64,000 nucleotides of DNA, taken from assembly GCA_951406725.2 (NCBI GenBank), contig OX597821.1:78616001-78680000 (forward strand). Direction: 5' to 3'. The notes under the pieces were generated by a model that was not told the DNA's origin, made no database searches, and saw only the letters and a list, made by a program, of their open reading frames with translations. Made by a program: the position numbers and the translations under genes. This document shows positions 12,080 to 25,099 of the stretch, piece after piece. Within the stretch, counting starts at the first letter, position 1. Every line of letters starts with the position of its first letter. The stretch comes from Octopus vulgaris. Lineage: Eukaryota.

Positions 12080-15000
12080 AAGTATGGTTTTCTTTCTTTT
12101 ATGCATAATATTTCCATGTGACATGCATAAGAAATAGAAGCGAACATCAGAGCTCTTGAAAGACAGTAAGTACATAAATTGATTAATTAATTAATTAAAT
12201 AAGTATACATGCAAATAAGTATATATAAAAGAAAGCGATTTTTCACGAACAAACGCAAAAAAGAGCAAATTGTTCATTGAAATTAGAACAGTTATGCCCG
12301 GAAACATGTCTACCAAAAGAAATAGAGACGAATTTCGATCTGTAATTCTCATGCGAGTTCGATATGACCAATATATTAATTCGGAGAATTCAGAAGCGGT
12401 GTCTTGTCAAAAAGTTGACCCTGTACAAACAGTCCCTTCTTCTAACGTCACCGTCACAGAAGCGGCGTCTTGTCAAAAAGTTGATTCTGAAAAAATGGAC
12501 CCCTCTGATGTCGCCGTCAATCATTTGATGAAAACAAGCCAAAAATCATGCCGGATCGGTTATCGCCCGGGGCAACAAGGACCGCGTTACCCAGTAGGGA
12601 ACCAGACTGGGGTCGAAAAGTTTGCTGCTGGAACAAACTCTCAAAAAGACGATCTACCAGGTGACCAGAACCAGAATACTTCTAACTCTGGAGTTGTAGT
12701 GACACCACCAAAAACACAACCTAAAGCAAAACGTATAAAATGGACCAGAGAGGACTATAGAAATGTGTTGAAAGCTTTTTATTCAGCCCAACTAAACCCA
12801 AGCAATAACCTCAGTGTACAAACATACATCTCAGGGAGAAATTCAGTAGGCAATGAAGTACGTAGATTAATTAGATGAAGATAAATAGATGAAGACGCAA
12901 ATAAATTAAGTAATGTACGCAGAGATATAATTGAAAATAAAACACTAACTGACGCTGAAATTGACCAAATTGGGACATTAATAGCTCATGGTAGACCAAA
13001 AGAAAACAGCAACAATGTAGACGAAATAGGTAACAGTAGCACAAAAGCCAGTGTACAAGCGGTAAATCAACTTCCCAATGGGGAAGTTAAACAGAATAGC
13101 GAAGAAGAGAGATTTGAAGAAAGAGAACGTAGACCTTCCTCAAGAAAACCAAAATAGATATGGCATAGAATTTGAGGTGAATAATAGAGAAAAGATTATG
13201 GAAGCAAAAGTGGACATTATGAGAGAAATCGGCAAGATTGAGCTCACTGACATGGTTAATAGAGAACCACTAACAAAGTTTTCAAACGGCACAAGGAATA
13301 ACAACACAATCATGATATATAACGTTGCCCTAGGACAGATCTTAAGAAATAAGGGGAATGATCTGACAACCTTAAATAATCTCATCTATTCCACTGCTAA
13401 AGCAGTAACTACCCAACCAGGTATTAAGATGACAAAGAAAAAGGCCAGGCATGTCAATGAACCTCCTAAGTGGAAAGTAGCGATACAGAAAGAGATTGAA
13501 TCTCTGCGGGCGGATGTTTCAGTTCTCGATGAGCTTGCTAGAGGAGTGAATATTAAGTCGAGAAAAGCTAGAAAAATCAAGCAAAAATATAAAATCAAAG
13601 ACCTCATAAACCTCCCTGCAACTAAGGAACTGTTGAAACAACGGATACAGTTGAAAGCCCAACGGCTTAGAAGGTATGACAAAAGAAACAAATTTTATCG
13701 ACAAAATAATTTTTTTAAGACAGATGCAAAGAAATTTTATAGGGAAATTGGCAAAAATAAAATACACATAGAAGATCCACCTAAGATTGAGGAAGTGGAG
13801 GAGTTCTGGAAGAAGGTATGGAGCAACGAAAAAGAGTTTAATGCTGAGGCTGACTGGATAGAACGTGAGAAAGAGAGACTGGATGAACTTGAAGAACAGA
13901 AATGGGAAGCAATAGGAATAGAGGAGCTAAGGTGTGTCCTCAGTAAGGCTCATAAATGGAAAACCCCAGGACTGGATCGGATCCCTAACTTCTGGCTGAA
14001 TTGTTTGACAGAGGTACACGAAAATCTCGCTGCATCTCTGTCTGATGTCATTCAGAACCCAGAGCAAATACCTGCTTGGCTGACTAAAGGAACCACCTAC
14101 CTAATACCTAAAACCGAAGACACAAAAACCCCAAAGAATTAACGGCCAATCACATGTCTCAACACCACCTACAAACTCCTCACATCCATAATAACGGAGA
14201 AAATGTACGTTTTCCTCGAACAAAACTCTATCCTTCCACAAGCTCAAAAAAGTTGTAAAAGAAACTCTTATGGGTGCCAAGACCAATTGCTCATAAACAG
14301 AATGATTGTAGAGAATTGCCGGAGCAAAAACAAAAACCTGAGTATGGCATGGATAGACTACAGGAAAGCGTTTGACAGTGTCCCACATAAATGGATAATC
14401 AAGGCCCTTGAGATATACAAGATCTCTCCTGTCGTCTCAAAATTCTTACAGAATAGCATGACCATGTGGAACACACGTCTCTTTCTAAGCCATAGTAATG
14501 GGATGAGCCAGTCCAACAGCATCAACATCAAACGAGGCATCTTTCAAGGTGACTCCCTCTCTCCATTACTTTTTTTCATGGCACTGATCCCACTCTCAAA
14601 CGAATTGGATAGTACCAGATATGGATACAAAGTTTTTAGTAAGTCAATAAACCACCTTTTCTATATGGACGACCTAAAGCTGTTTGCCAGGAATGACCAA
14701 GAGCTAGAAGGGCTGCTAACAACTGTTAAAGAGTTTAGCAATGATATCGGAATGGATTTTGGCCTTGATAAGTGTGCTAAAGCAACCTTTGTAAGAGGCA
14801 AGCTCAGGCAAACAGATTCCGTTAAATTAGATATTGACACTACCATCAAGGAACTTGACCCACAAGAAAGTTACAAATACCTAGGAATCAACGAAGGAGA
14901 TGGTATACATCATGCTACTATGAAGGAAAAAATAAGAAAGGAATACTATAGGAGAATAAGGCTTGTGCTGAAGACTGAACTCAACTCCAACAATTGCATT

Positions 15001-16365
15001 GAGGCCATTAACACCCAGGCACTTCCAGTAGTCCAGTACAGTTTTAACATCATTAACTGGAACCTTACGGAACTCCAACGCTTGGACAGGAAGACAAGAA
15101 AATCACTGACATCTAAGAACATGCACCACCCCAAGGCAGATGTAGATCGCCTGTACCTACCTAGAATCAGGGGGGAGAGGAATGATGCAATTAGAGCTGT
15201 GCAATAAGACCTCCACTGTAGGAATGAACAGTTACCTGTCTAGTACAAGGGACTGGATGCTGCGACTTGTGTGTGAACACGAACGCAGCAAAAAGCTGCA
15301 TTCTATTGTCAAGGAAGCTTATAAGTTCGAAAGGGAACTAGACATTAACCTTTAATTAGATGAAGAGCCGGAAACCACTGCTACCAAGTAAGTAAAGCGA
15401 ATCAAGCAGACTGCAAAAATGAACGGGCAGAATCAAATTGAGAGGCGGTGGAGCCAGAAGCCCCTGCATGGACAATATATTCTCCGAAGCCAAAATGCTG
15501 ATGTAGACCAAGCAACAACCCATCAGTGGCTGAAGAGTTCAGGATTGAAAGCAGAGACTGAAGGCTTCATACTAGCAGCACAAGATCAAAGCTTCTTTAC
15601 CAGAAATTACCAGGCTAGCGTTCTCCAAAACGGTACTGACCCTAAATGCAGATTCTGTGACACATTTGACGAAACAATAGACCATCTCGTTTCGGGATGT
15701 CCTGTGCTGACACCAAACAAATACAAAAATCGCCACGATAGGGTAGGACAGTATATACATTGGAAGATATGTAAACACAACAAATTCGGCACCCCTGCTA
15801 ACTGGTATGAACATCATCCTCAGCCAGTTGTTGAAGGTAAAAATGTCACCATCCTCTGGGATTTTCCAGTCAACACTGACAGAACGATCAAGGCTAATCA
15901 ACCAGACATAGTTGTTGAAAACAGGGAAGAAAATACCTGCAGACTAATAGAGGTAAGCGTCCCCACTGATAAAAATATATCTGTAAAGGAATTTGACAAA
16001 CTTAGTAAATATAAGGACCTGGAAATCGAAATACAAAAGATGTAGAATCTTAAAACAAAAACTGTTCCTGTTATTGTAGGTGCCCTAGGTATGATAAAAA
16101 AGGGATGTCAGAAACACCTAGGCAATATCCCTGGGGAACCATGTCTCAAGGAAATCCAAAGGATTGTGCTAACAAGTAGTGCCCATATCCTTAGAAAAAC
16201 CCTATCAATGTAAATGTTTGTGTTGTATTACATGGAGATATTTCTCTACTTCCTCTCCCCAAGCTTTCAGCTATATTTCAACAACTCTTAACCTTCACTT
16301 GCCCTAGGGCGCTGGGTGTGCCCCGGCAAGTGATTGCATCAAACATGCAGATTAAAAGTAAATGA
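12080..16365 (+). mobile_element. Near full-length R4/Dong-clade non-LTR retrotransposon (RT + CCHC + RLE), inactivated
   Basis: ORFs 12270-12878, 13078-14142, 14203-15207 and 15419-16045 carry WKTPGLD, WIDYRKAFDSVPH, GIFQGDSLSP, YMDD, CRFC..DETIDHLVSGC and ANQPDIV..CRLIEVSVP..KLSKYKDL. Stops and frameshifts break the single ORF. Flanked by (TAA)n(AAG)n upstream and (TAA)n downstream. Confidence 0.93.
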
Positions 16366-16376
16366 CAATAATAATG

Positions 16377-16482
<106 letters not shown>

Positions 16483-16514
16483 TAATAATAATAACAATAA
16501 TAATAATAATAAAA

Positions 16515-16753
16515 AAGAGAAACAATTCCTATCATAGTAAGCGTATTAGGCATGATGAAAAAATATTCAGACAAATACATAACGAAAACACCAGGACTTA
16601 CAAACACATATAACATAGAGAAAATTGCACTACTGGGCATTGCAAACATCCTACGCAAGACACTTTTAATACAGTAACCATCACAGCAAATCACAGCACA
16701 TACCTAAGGCACACAGAGCTGCGCTCGGTAGTGAAATAAAAGTACGCTATGAA

Positions 16754-16755
<2 letters not shown>
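16515..16755 (+). mobile_element. 3' tail fragment of an R4/Dong-like LINE in a (TAA)n array
   Basis: Near-identical to 745-957 (KYSDKYITKTPGLTNTYNIEKIALLGIANILRKTL). Confidence 0.75.
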
Positions 16756-16843
<88 letters not shown>

Positions 16844-16861
16844 TAATAATAATAATAATTA

Positions 16862-16923
<62 letters not shown>

Positions 16924-16925
16924 CA
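16755..16925. repeat. Head-to-head (TAA)n/(TTA)n palindromic microsatellite
   Basis: (TAA)n switches to (TTA)n at ~16860. Confidence 0.9.
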
Positions 16926-16989
16926 TAGTAATAATAATGATAATAGTAATAATAATGGGAGATAATATGTAAAGCTAAATCTTATAGAA

Positions 16990-18286
16990 CTGGAAATAGT
17001 TCATGACTATTATGTACCCATGAATTCATAGAAGAGATGTTAATGACTAAACCGGAGCTTCTTAATGCCAGGAGGAACAAAAAATTAAATGTAAACATAG
17101 ACTGAAATGCCTAATTAATAGCGCCTAACTCTAAATTTTAGAGAAAGTATTGTTAATACTATTATTATTTAATATGAATGTAATAACTTACCATTAGATG
17201 TGGGGATGAATAGTAGTGAGTGATTAAAGGGCGGAATAATACGGTATAATACGAAGAAAAAAAGTAATGTTCGCATGATGCATTTTTGTAGTTTCGTGGA
17301 CCATGTTTACTATTTAGAAAATATGATAATTAAATAATAATTTAGAAGGAGCAGGAATGTGCGTTGTGAGTATTTCGCTGGACTTTGCAATGTCAAGCTA
17401 TAATTAACACGTTGTAGGATAATGGTGCCATCGGTGAATTGTATATTTTCCTTTACGTTACCATCAAGTTATTTTTTTTTTTTTAAATTTTATTTTGTAA
17501 ATTTTTAAAAGTTCTCATTCGTATCATTTGGAAATTTTGCAGTTCGTAATTAGTACAATAGATTTTATTCGAAAATCTTTATTCGTCATTTCCTCCATGT
17601 TTATTAGTATTTATTTTTATTCGTATACATTTTTCCTTCCATCCCTTTTATTTTTATTCGTATGTATTTTTCTTGCCATCCCTTATATTTTTATTTGTAT
17701 ATATTTTTCTTGCCATTCCTTTTATTTTTATTCGTATATACTTTTTTGCCATTCCTTTCATTTTATATCATTTTATCAAAAGTCTATATTTTATTTTTAA
17801 CCCTATATATTACTAACATAGATTTTGTAAAACCTTCGTATTGTGTTCGAATTTTTATTTCTTATTTTATTTGTTTTTTCTTTTTGTAATTTTTTATTTG
17901 AATTTTTATCTGACTTATGGCTTGTACTGTAGGGACAAGCAAGCCTGATTTACACGTACCTATTTTACACATACTTATGGATTTAAACAAATTACATATA
18001 GTTTATAGTATTAAACGATGACAAAGTGATATAAGGGCCTGATGATTGGGGTTACATTTTAAGAAGGGTTCCATCAATACACGGAGTGGTTTAGGAACCG
18101 GGAAATGTACCTCATGAAACACGTGTAGCCAAGTTATAAAATAGTAAGTATTTAAAATAAAAATTATTTTTTATATGGTGAGATGAATGGGCCTACTATC
18201 TATAATTGAAAATATATATTTCTTCATTGAGAATAGTTTGAACACCTGTTATGCCGGAATTTTTATTCCCTAATAAATAAAATTAA

Positions 18287-18290
<4 letters not shown>
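16990..18290 (+). mobile_element. Probable Penelope-like 3' remnant and pseudo-LTR
   Basis: KPELLNARR followed by a frameshifted KCKHRLK resembles the LLNKRSE..SKCRH end of GIY-YIG PLEs. It is followed by an AT-rich tail with a hammerhead motif at 18036-18130. Confidence 0.5.
18036..18130 (+). ncRNA. Type I hammerhead ribozyme motif
   Basis: ggc-CTGATGA-ttggggttacattt...ggttcc..ggaacc...aaatgtacctcat-GAAA-cacgtg-TA-gcc. Intact core, long helix II, palindromic helix III, GUA triplet and a 3-bp helix I. Confidence 0.7.
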
Positions 18291-18356
<66 letters not shown>

Positions 18357-19864
18357 GGAATGTAGAAACGTAAAATACGGGTTGATATGCGTGAGGAAAA
18401 TAAGACAATGTAGAAAATGCTAAAATGATTTTATCACTAAATACATTTTAGTACAGTTTCCGTCTTTTAGAATTAGTTAACTAAGAGTAAAATAAGAAAA
18501 ACAATTATATTGCAGAAAGAAACGGAAACTGATGCAGACTATCTGAAGACTTTGGAAATATTTACCTATTTAAAGACTGTGGAAATATCTACAAAACATT
18601 TCACTTAATTTGTTTTCTCCAACTTAATTGTTTTTCTTATTTTACACTTAGTTGAAAAAGTTTAAATGAACGAAACCGGTACTAAAAGGATACAATTAAA
18701 TACAAAATAAGTTAATATCGAACAATGAGAATGAGTGCTCAATACCACATCAGTGGATAGAGCTTTGCATGTATGTGTGTATGTGTGCGAATGTGCAAAG
18801 TACCATATGATTCATAGAGTAAAGCGTGATGTATAATAATTCATGCATCTGCACAAAACGTATAAAATATGCACAATTATATCATCACTCAATGTTAGTA
18901 AATACCGTGAAGTCATCGAAGATGAAAATGAGATAGCTGTGAGTCGAAATCTCGTTGCTTACCTATATGCTGTTAGGGTAGTGGTTGGGTTCAATACTTG
19001 ATAACTATAGTCTTAATATCTTAGTGATGTTTACTTGGCTGTTGTTTAGGGAAGCAGTGCAGGACTATTGTTAGGTATGGATTATGCTTCTGCGTAAAAT
19101 ATTAAGGTTTAGTGACGAATGTATCTATACTGTGAAGGTGATGAAAAACTAAAACCATAGTGCATGCTATGAGTGACACGTCTCTTTTATACTAAAGAAT
19201 AATGTGAACTGAACGCCAGAAAGATACATATTCTGTGCGTCAATTTAAAGCATATTCACCAGGAATGTCCTATAATCATAATGTGTCATCTAAAATCAGT
19301 GGTATATTATTTAATGAAATAGACAAACACAACTCCGGGCATCGTGCGCTTTGTTTTATGTGAATGATATTCTTTGACGATTTAGGAGGAAATATTTGGC
19401 CCAGTATTCATTTCTAATACAAAGCCACGTCTTGAAAGAAAAGATAGAATTCTTTAAAATGACCTCAGTATTTTGTTCGTAATTCATTTATCGACTCCAA
19501 TTAGATAAGGCACTAAGAAGAAATTGGTGGGTTTGGTTTTCTGAAATGTATGTAACCGTAACTAAATATCGCAATGTAATTTGTTCGCCACTCTATCGAT
19601 TTCTTCACTCACCACCCACATATTTGAGACAGTATTAATCAAACAACTTCACGTATGAAAACCAAAATAGGATTATAAAATATGCTTTACTCCTGCTAAT
19701 TATTTACAACGAGTAAATGGTTGGAACCAGTAAGAGAATAGATGGAGATTTTATTGCTCTGAAATTATGATCATTTCAGTTTTCGACAGACTGTTTATAA
19801 TTTCCATATAAACTATCATACACACATACATAGACACACGCTCAAACAAACAAATACACACATA

Positions 19865-19921
<57 letters not shown>

Positions 19922-19963
19922 CGTGTTTGTGTGTGTATGTGGGTGTGGGTGTGTTTATGTAAA

Positions 19964-20252
19964 GGCGCATGGCTCAGTGCTTAGAGCATCGAGGTTACGA
20001 TCGTGTGATTGCGAGTTCGATTCTCGGACTGGGCTGCGTGTTGTGTTCTTGAGCAAGACATTTTATTTCACGTTGCTCCAGTTAACTCAGCTTTGCCTTT
20101 CCCGTGGATAACATCAGTTATGTGGAGAGAGGAGGCGGGTATGCATGGGCGACTGCTGGCCGTCCGCAAACAACCTTGCGGGACTTGTGCCTCAAGGGTA
20201 ACTTTCTAGGTGCAATTCCATGGTCTTTCGTGACCGAAGGGTGTCTCCTCCT
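19964..20252 (+). mobile_element. tRNA-derived SINE
   Basis: A/B box-like head (tggctcagtg...gagttcgattc), then gttcttgagcaagaca. Mirrored at 53727-54063. Confidence 0.8.
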
Positions 20253-20904
20253 ATACATACATACATACATATATATATACTTGTCAAATTTTTTTTATAT
20301 TTTCTCAAGGTTTTCCCTTGTTAACTGTTTTTAACACGTTCTTATCATTATCAAAGAATGTATATATGTATTGTAATATTTTGTGACAACCAGTACCTAA
20401 CACAACAAAGATTTTACATGTTACTTTCGACAATCTTTTTCTAAAAAACTGAAACCGATCAAGTAAATAAACATCTTTTAAAAATGCATTTCAAACCTTC
20501 TTTCATATATATATCCAAATAACTTTCTCAATAATTTTACATTTTTAATGCAAAACCAAACTGCTAACGACTAATTAATTTACTCTGGCAGATTCGTTAA
20601 AAAAATGTGGTTATTAAAATTACATGATTTTCTAATGATATATTGGACTATCTAAGATATTGGACTATCTATGTGTGAGTGCTACATTAGTAAATTCTTG
20701 CATGCATTAATTTCTTTGTAAAAAGAAAAAAGATTGGCATCGTGATGTTAAATACGTTTAAGAAATACCCGTATTAGTAAGAAAATGTTACGATTTTAAC
20801 CAGCAAAGAGACCTTACATGATAAAAGACGCACCTAGTATTCAGGTGGTGCATTGTGATGATGGTGGAAATGAAATACAAAACGCACAAAAACACGTTAC
20901 TCAC

Positions 20905-21228
20905 CGTTTCTATCTAGTATTAAATAAGATACACAGTCGCATCCAGACTTGTAAGGAGGCCTCTAGTCAAGAGGTTTATGCATTTTGCATGTGCCCTTAC
21001 AATAACTAAAAAAACCCACACATATTAGTCATTATACAACTTGATGCGCAATCTATGAGTGAACGTGCGGTTTGAGTTCCAATCAACCAGTTATCCAGGC
21101 ACGCTATCTTGCTCATTTTTCCATAATAACCCGCATGGTTCGATTTGCCAATCTCCAACGTCACGAGAAATATAATGGTGAAAACCCGCAGTAGGTTGTA
21201 GAGTTGTAGAGTACATGCTTTTTCATTC
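20905..21228 (-). pseudogene. Disabled copy of the signal-peptide + PAN/Apple exon (paralog of 52911-53237)
   Basis: Same acceptor (ttttcag|gaATG) and donor (G|gtgagt). Lesions: an 8-bp duplication (ctctacaa x2), a +1 insertion at GGGTTTTTTT and a GAG>TAG nonsense change. No downstream exons were found on this side. Confidence 0.9.
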
Positions 21229-21295
21229 CTGAAAAATATATAAAGCTATATATACATGTGTGTGTGTGTGTGTGTTTGTGCATGTGTGTATCTCT

Positions 21296-21672
21296 CTATC
21301 CGCTCAGTCGAAGTCGACTCTCGGTCACTCGTTGGATCAGTGTCCTCCAGTCAGTTCTATCATGGGCCGCTTCTTTCAGATTGGATATGTCCATTCCGCT
21401 ATCACTCTTGATGGGTTCAAGCCAGCGAGTTCTTGGTCGACCTCTTCCTCTTTTGCCACTGACCATTCGGAGCATGATGTCCTTCTCCAGGGATTTTCTC
21501 CGCATAATATAACCAAAATATGCCAATCTATGCTTGGTGATCCTAGCTTCTAGCGACATTTTCGGCCTTATCTTCTTAAGAACTTTTCCATTGGTGAGCC
21601 TCGCTGTCCATGGAATCCGCAAAAGTCTTCTCCAACACCAAAGCTCGAATGCATTTATTCTCTTCTGGTAAG
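21296..21672 (-). mobile_element. RTE (BovB-like) LINE 3' fragment, left arm only
   Basis: QKRINAFELWCWRRLLRIPWTAR...YFGYIMRRKSLEKDIMLRMVSGKRGRGRPRTRW. Absent at the mirrored position ~52820. Confidence 0.9.
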
Positions 21673-21877
21673 CTTTTACTAAAAGGAAATGGAGCAGTAA
21701 TATAGTGGATACTTTGTTACATTCATTTGTATCTCGATGTATAAAGTCATACATAAAATATTTGAAATGAAAAGGAATAGAATCAACAAAAGAAATAAGC
21801 ATAAAACAATCTCCAATATTACTAGGACTTATTATCATTTATTTTCTAAAATCTTATAAACAAACTTCCACAGCTCC

Positions 21878-21917
<40 letters not shown>

Positions 21918-23109
21918 ATTATCCACAAATCTTATATATATGTAATTCACTAGTAAAACAAATTATATTTTTTATATCATGGGAAAATCGTAGAGTAAAA
22001 AATGTTTGACTACACGATGAAAGGGAGTTTGCTAGTTATTAAAGTTATACTTTAGAAAAATCTAACGGATTATAAACTCTACCTCATATTAAACATTTTA
22101 TTTCGTATAAAAATATAAGTTCTCCCACATGTCAGTGCACTATATTTTTTTTATATACATGCTACTTTTCTTAGAACAATAGAAAGTATAACTTAGTACA
22201 CCGAAATGCTAAATAATAATAGTTATTATAACTTTTGTCCGAAATACATTCAAAAATATTATCGTAGCATACAATATATCATAGCATTTCCCTTTTTCCT
22301 CTTTCATTTCCTAATCTTTTTGTATCTTATACCCGACATAAAAAATTCATGTGTTTTTCTTCTCCCACTTTTCTCCCATTTTGTTACAATTCATTATTTT
22401 TCGCCCCTCATAAAATGTTTTCTTGTTTTCTTTCTATAACCTTATTAAATTTTTTGCGCATAAATATTTAAATTCCTCTCCAAAGTATGTAAACAACAAT
22501 TTTTCTCTGAATAAGGAACTTTATACAAGAGTACATTGAAATGCTAAATAACTAATAGTTATTTTACTATATAATACTTATTTTGTCAAATCTATTATAG
22601 TATTTTAGCAAGATTTCATTTGATAATATCACTCCACAGGACCTCGGCGTCCTAATGAATTATTGCTTACGTTATTTGAATATTTGTTCTTTCGTTATTT
22701 GAATATTTGTTATTTCTTACTTATTTCGTTGCTCACTACCAGAAAGTAAACATCTTCCCTGTGGATATCCAGGCATAATATGGGGTTATTTTACATGTAT
22801 CATCACTTGAATGGAGATGATCTAAATATAATGGCAGGATTGAAGCATATGTAGGATTCTTCTATAATTATTTCTTTTGCTGATTCTGTTTCTTTTAATT
22901 TCAAATCTTATATGTATTACTTTCTTCATCGTAACACAAATAAAATTAACTAAGTTTCCACTATATTTCTTTATTTTCTTTTATTTACTTTACACATTAT
23001 TGGACAGTTTATCCAAATATGTTGCAGAACTTTCTTTCAATATATTTGATAAAACCAGATGATATCTGGATTAAAAAAAATAATATTCCACATGATGAAG
23101 TTGCAAACT

Positions 23110-23166
<57 letters not shown>

Positions 23167-23221
23167 GGGGGTGTAAATATACACACACATACATACATAC
23201 ATACATACATACATACATACT

Positions 23222-24082
23222 CAGGGTGTGCCCAAAGTAATGGGAACACCTTAAAATTTCGAAAAATTTTATCTTAAATTTGTATAGGACACCCTTTCGC
23301 AGTAATTACCAACTTGAATTCTACTAGGTATGAATTCATACAAAGTTTGAATTGTTTCCAAAGGAAATTTTGTCCATTATTCAGCTAAAGAGTCTCCAGT
23401 TCTTGTAATGTTGATAGTAGAATATATCGACTCTTTACTTGTTTTTCTAAAATGCACCAAAAATGTTAAATAATATTGAGATCTGGGGACTGTGGTGGCC
23501 AGATGTTCAACTTCAGTAAAAATTTTAGCTGTGTTAATTGGTGCATTGTCATCCTGAAACATTGCGTTTCCCTCCAGAAACAGTTCCGCAACCATAGGAT
23601 GAATTTGATCAAATGAAATGCTTAAATTGCCTTGAATATTAATTCTACCATAAAGAGAAACCATTGGTCTTGCGGAAGTCCAATATATAGCCCCCACGCC
23701 AGACCATCACAGATCCTCATCCATGTTTAACAGTTGGAAGAAGGCAGTCTGGGTCAAATGTTTATTTTGGTTGTCTCCACACGTGTACTCAGCCGGTGGT
23801 CGGAAATAAGATAAAGGATGAATCATCCGAGAAAATAACTTTTTCAGCTGCTCTAGGGACAATTCTGTAGGTTCTTACTCCATTCTAAATGCTTTTAATG
23901 AAGTTTACTTTCATTTTTCTGATGATATCTGAAAAGAAACAACTCTTTTAGCAAAACATATTAAGCAACACTAATATGAAATCAAAAGACATAAAAATCA
24001 ACAAGCTCTTCACAGTTTTATAGATATTTCAAACTTATGATGCTAAGATGTTAGGTTTTTCTATTATTTTGTCCAACGCCTG
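23222..24082 (-). mobile_element. Tc1-like transposon, internally deleted copy
   Basis: TIRs cagggtgtgcccaaagtaatgggaacacct / ...ttttgtccaacgcctg and the FQDDNAP motif. Lacks ~380 bp present in the mirrored copy at 48619-49858. Confidence 0.88.
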
Positions 24083-25059
24083 TATATATATTAACTGAGA
24101 TACCTGGCGTTGCTCCAGACTAGGATGGCGTGGTTTATTTATTGTTTCACTCGTTTCCGTCATGTGAGTGCGGACATGCTGGAGCACTACCTTTAATCAA
24201 ATAAATCGACCCCCAGTATTTATTCTTTGTAAGCCTAGTACTGATTATATCGTTGTCTTTTGCTGAACCACTAAAGATTAAGCACCCTCAATTTAAGGGT
24301 TCGTATGTTACTGTAAATGACTTGGAACGTTGCAACTGCTACGATAATTATTAACTGGCAATTGTACTGCAAATATATAAACTAAGATGACCTTAATGTT
24401 ATCGCATGAAAATTGAAAATTGAAAATTGAAAGTGAATGGTGTTATCACATTAGAATTCATACCGGAAGAATACAAATGGAAACAATATTATTTCACAAT
24501 ATAGATGTTATTATTTCACTTTTTGACACGTAATAAAGAACCAGTGCAAGACATTGCTCCGGGCCCGCATTAGGTGAGAAATTGAAAACGTATTGGGACC
24601 ATGATATTCATATAGTAATAGAGACACATACAGACATATATTCACGCATGTCATAGACACATACACATATGTATGTGTGGATATGTGTGTCCATCTTTAA
24701 AGTTATATCTAACGTGAAAACACACACACAGTCACAGGGATATATATAATGATGCGCTCACACACACATAGACACTCATATACGAAGTATGACGTTGACG
24801 CCGAACACGGAAATGCACACAAACTGAGACTCGTACACATTCACACTCACACATATCACACACATACACACTCATATAGAAAATGTCACGTTGTCGTCGT
24901 CGTTTTCGTGTTCGTATAAAATCTCGTAAACTATATTTTTCTATAGAAAGATTACCTCTATAAAATGTTATATTGTGTTAATCGATTAAAGAAATAGAAG
25001 CACATGTACGAACTGCTAATTTAACAGTAAATGCCACAATAATTATTCAATAATTATTC

Positions 25060-25098
<39 letters not shown>

Positions 25099-25099
<1 letters not shown>

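Noticed and set aside
19964-20040. tRNA-like sequences (also 35874, 39768, 53990, 57920)
   Set aside because: They are SINE heads followed by SINE bodies; no complete cloverleaf is evident.
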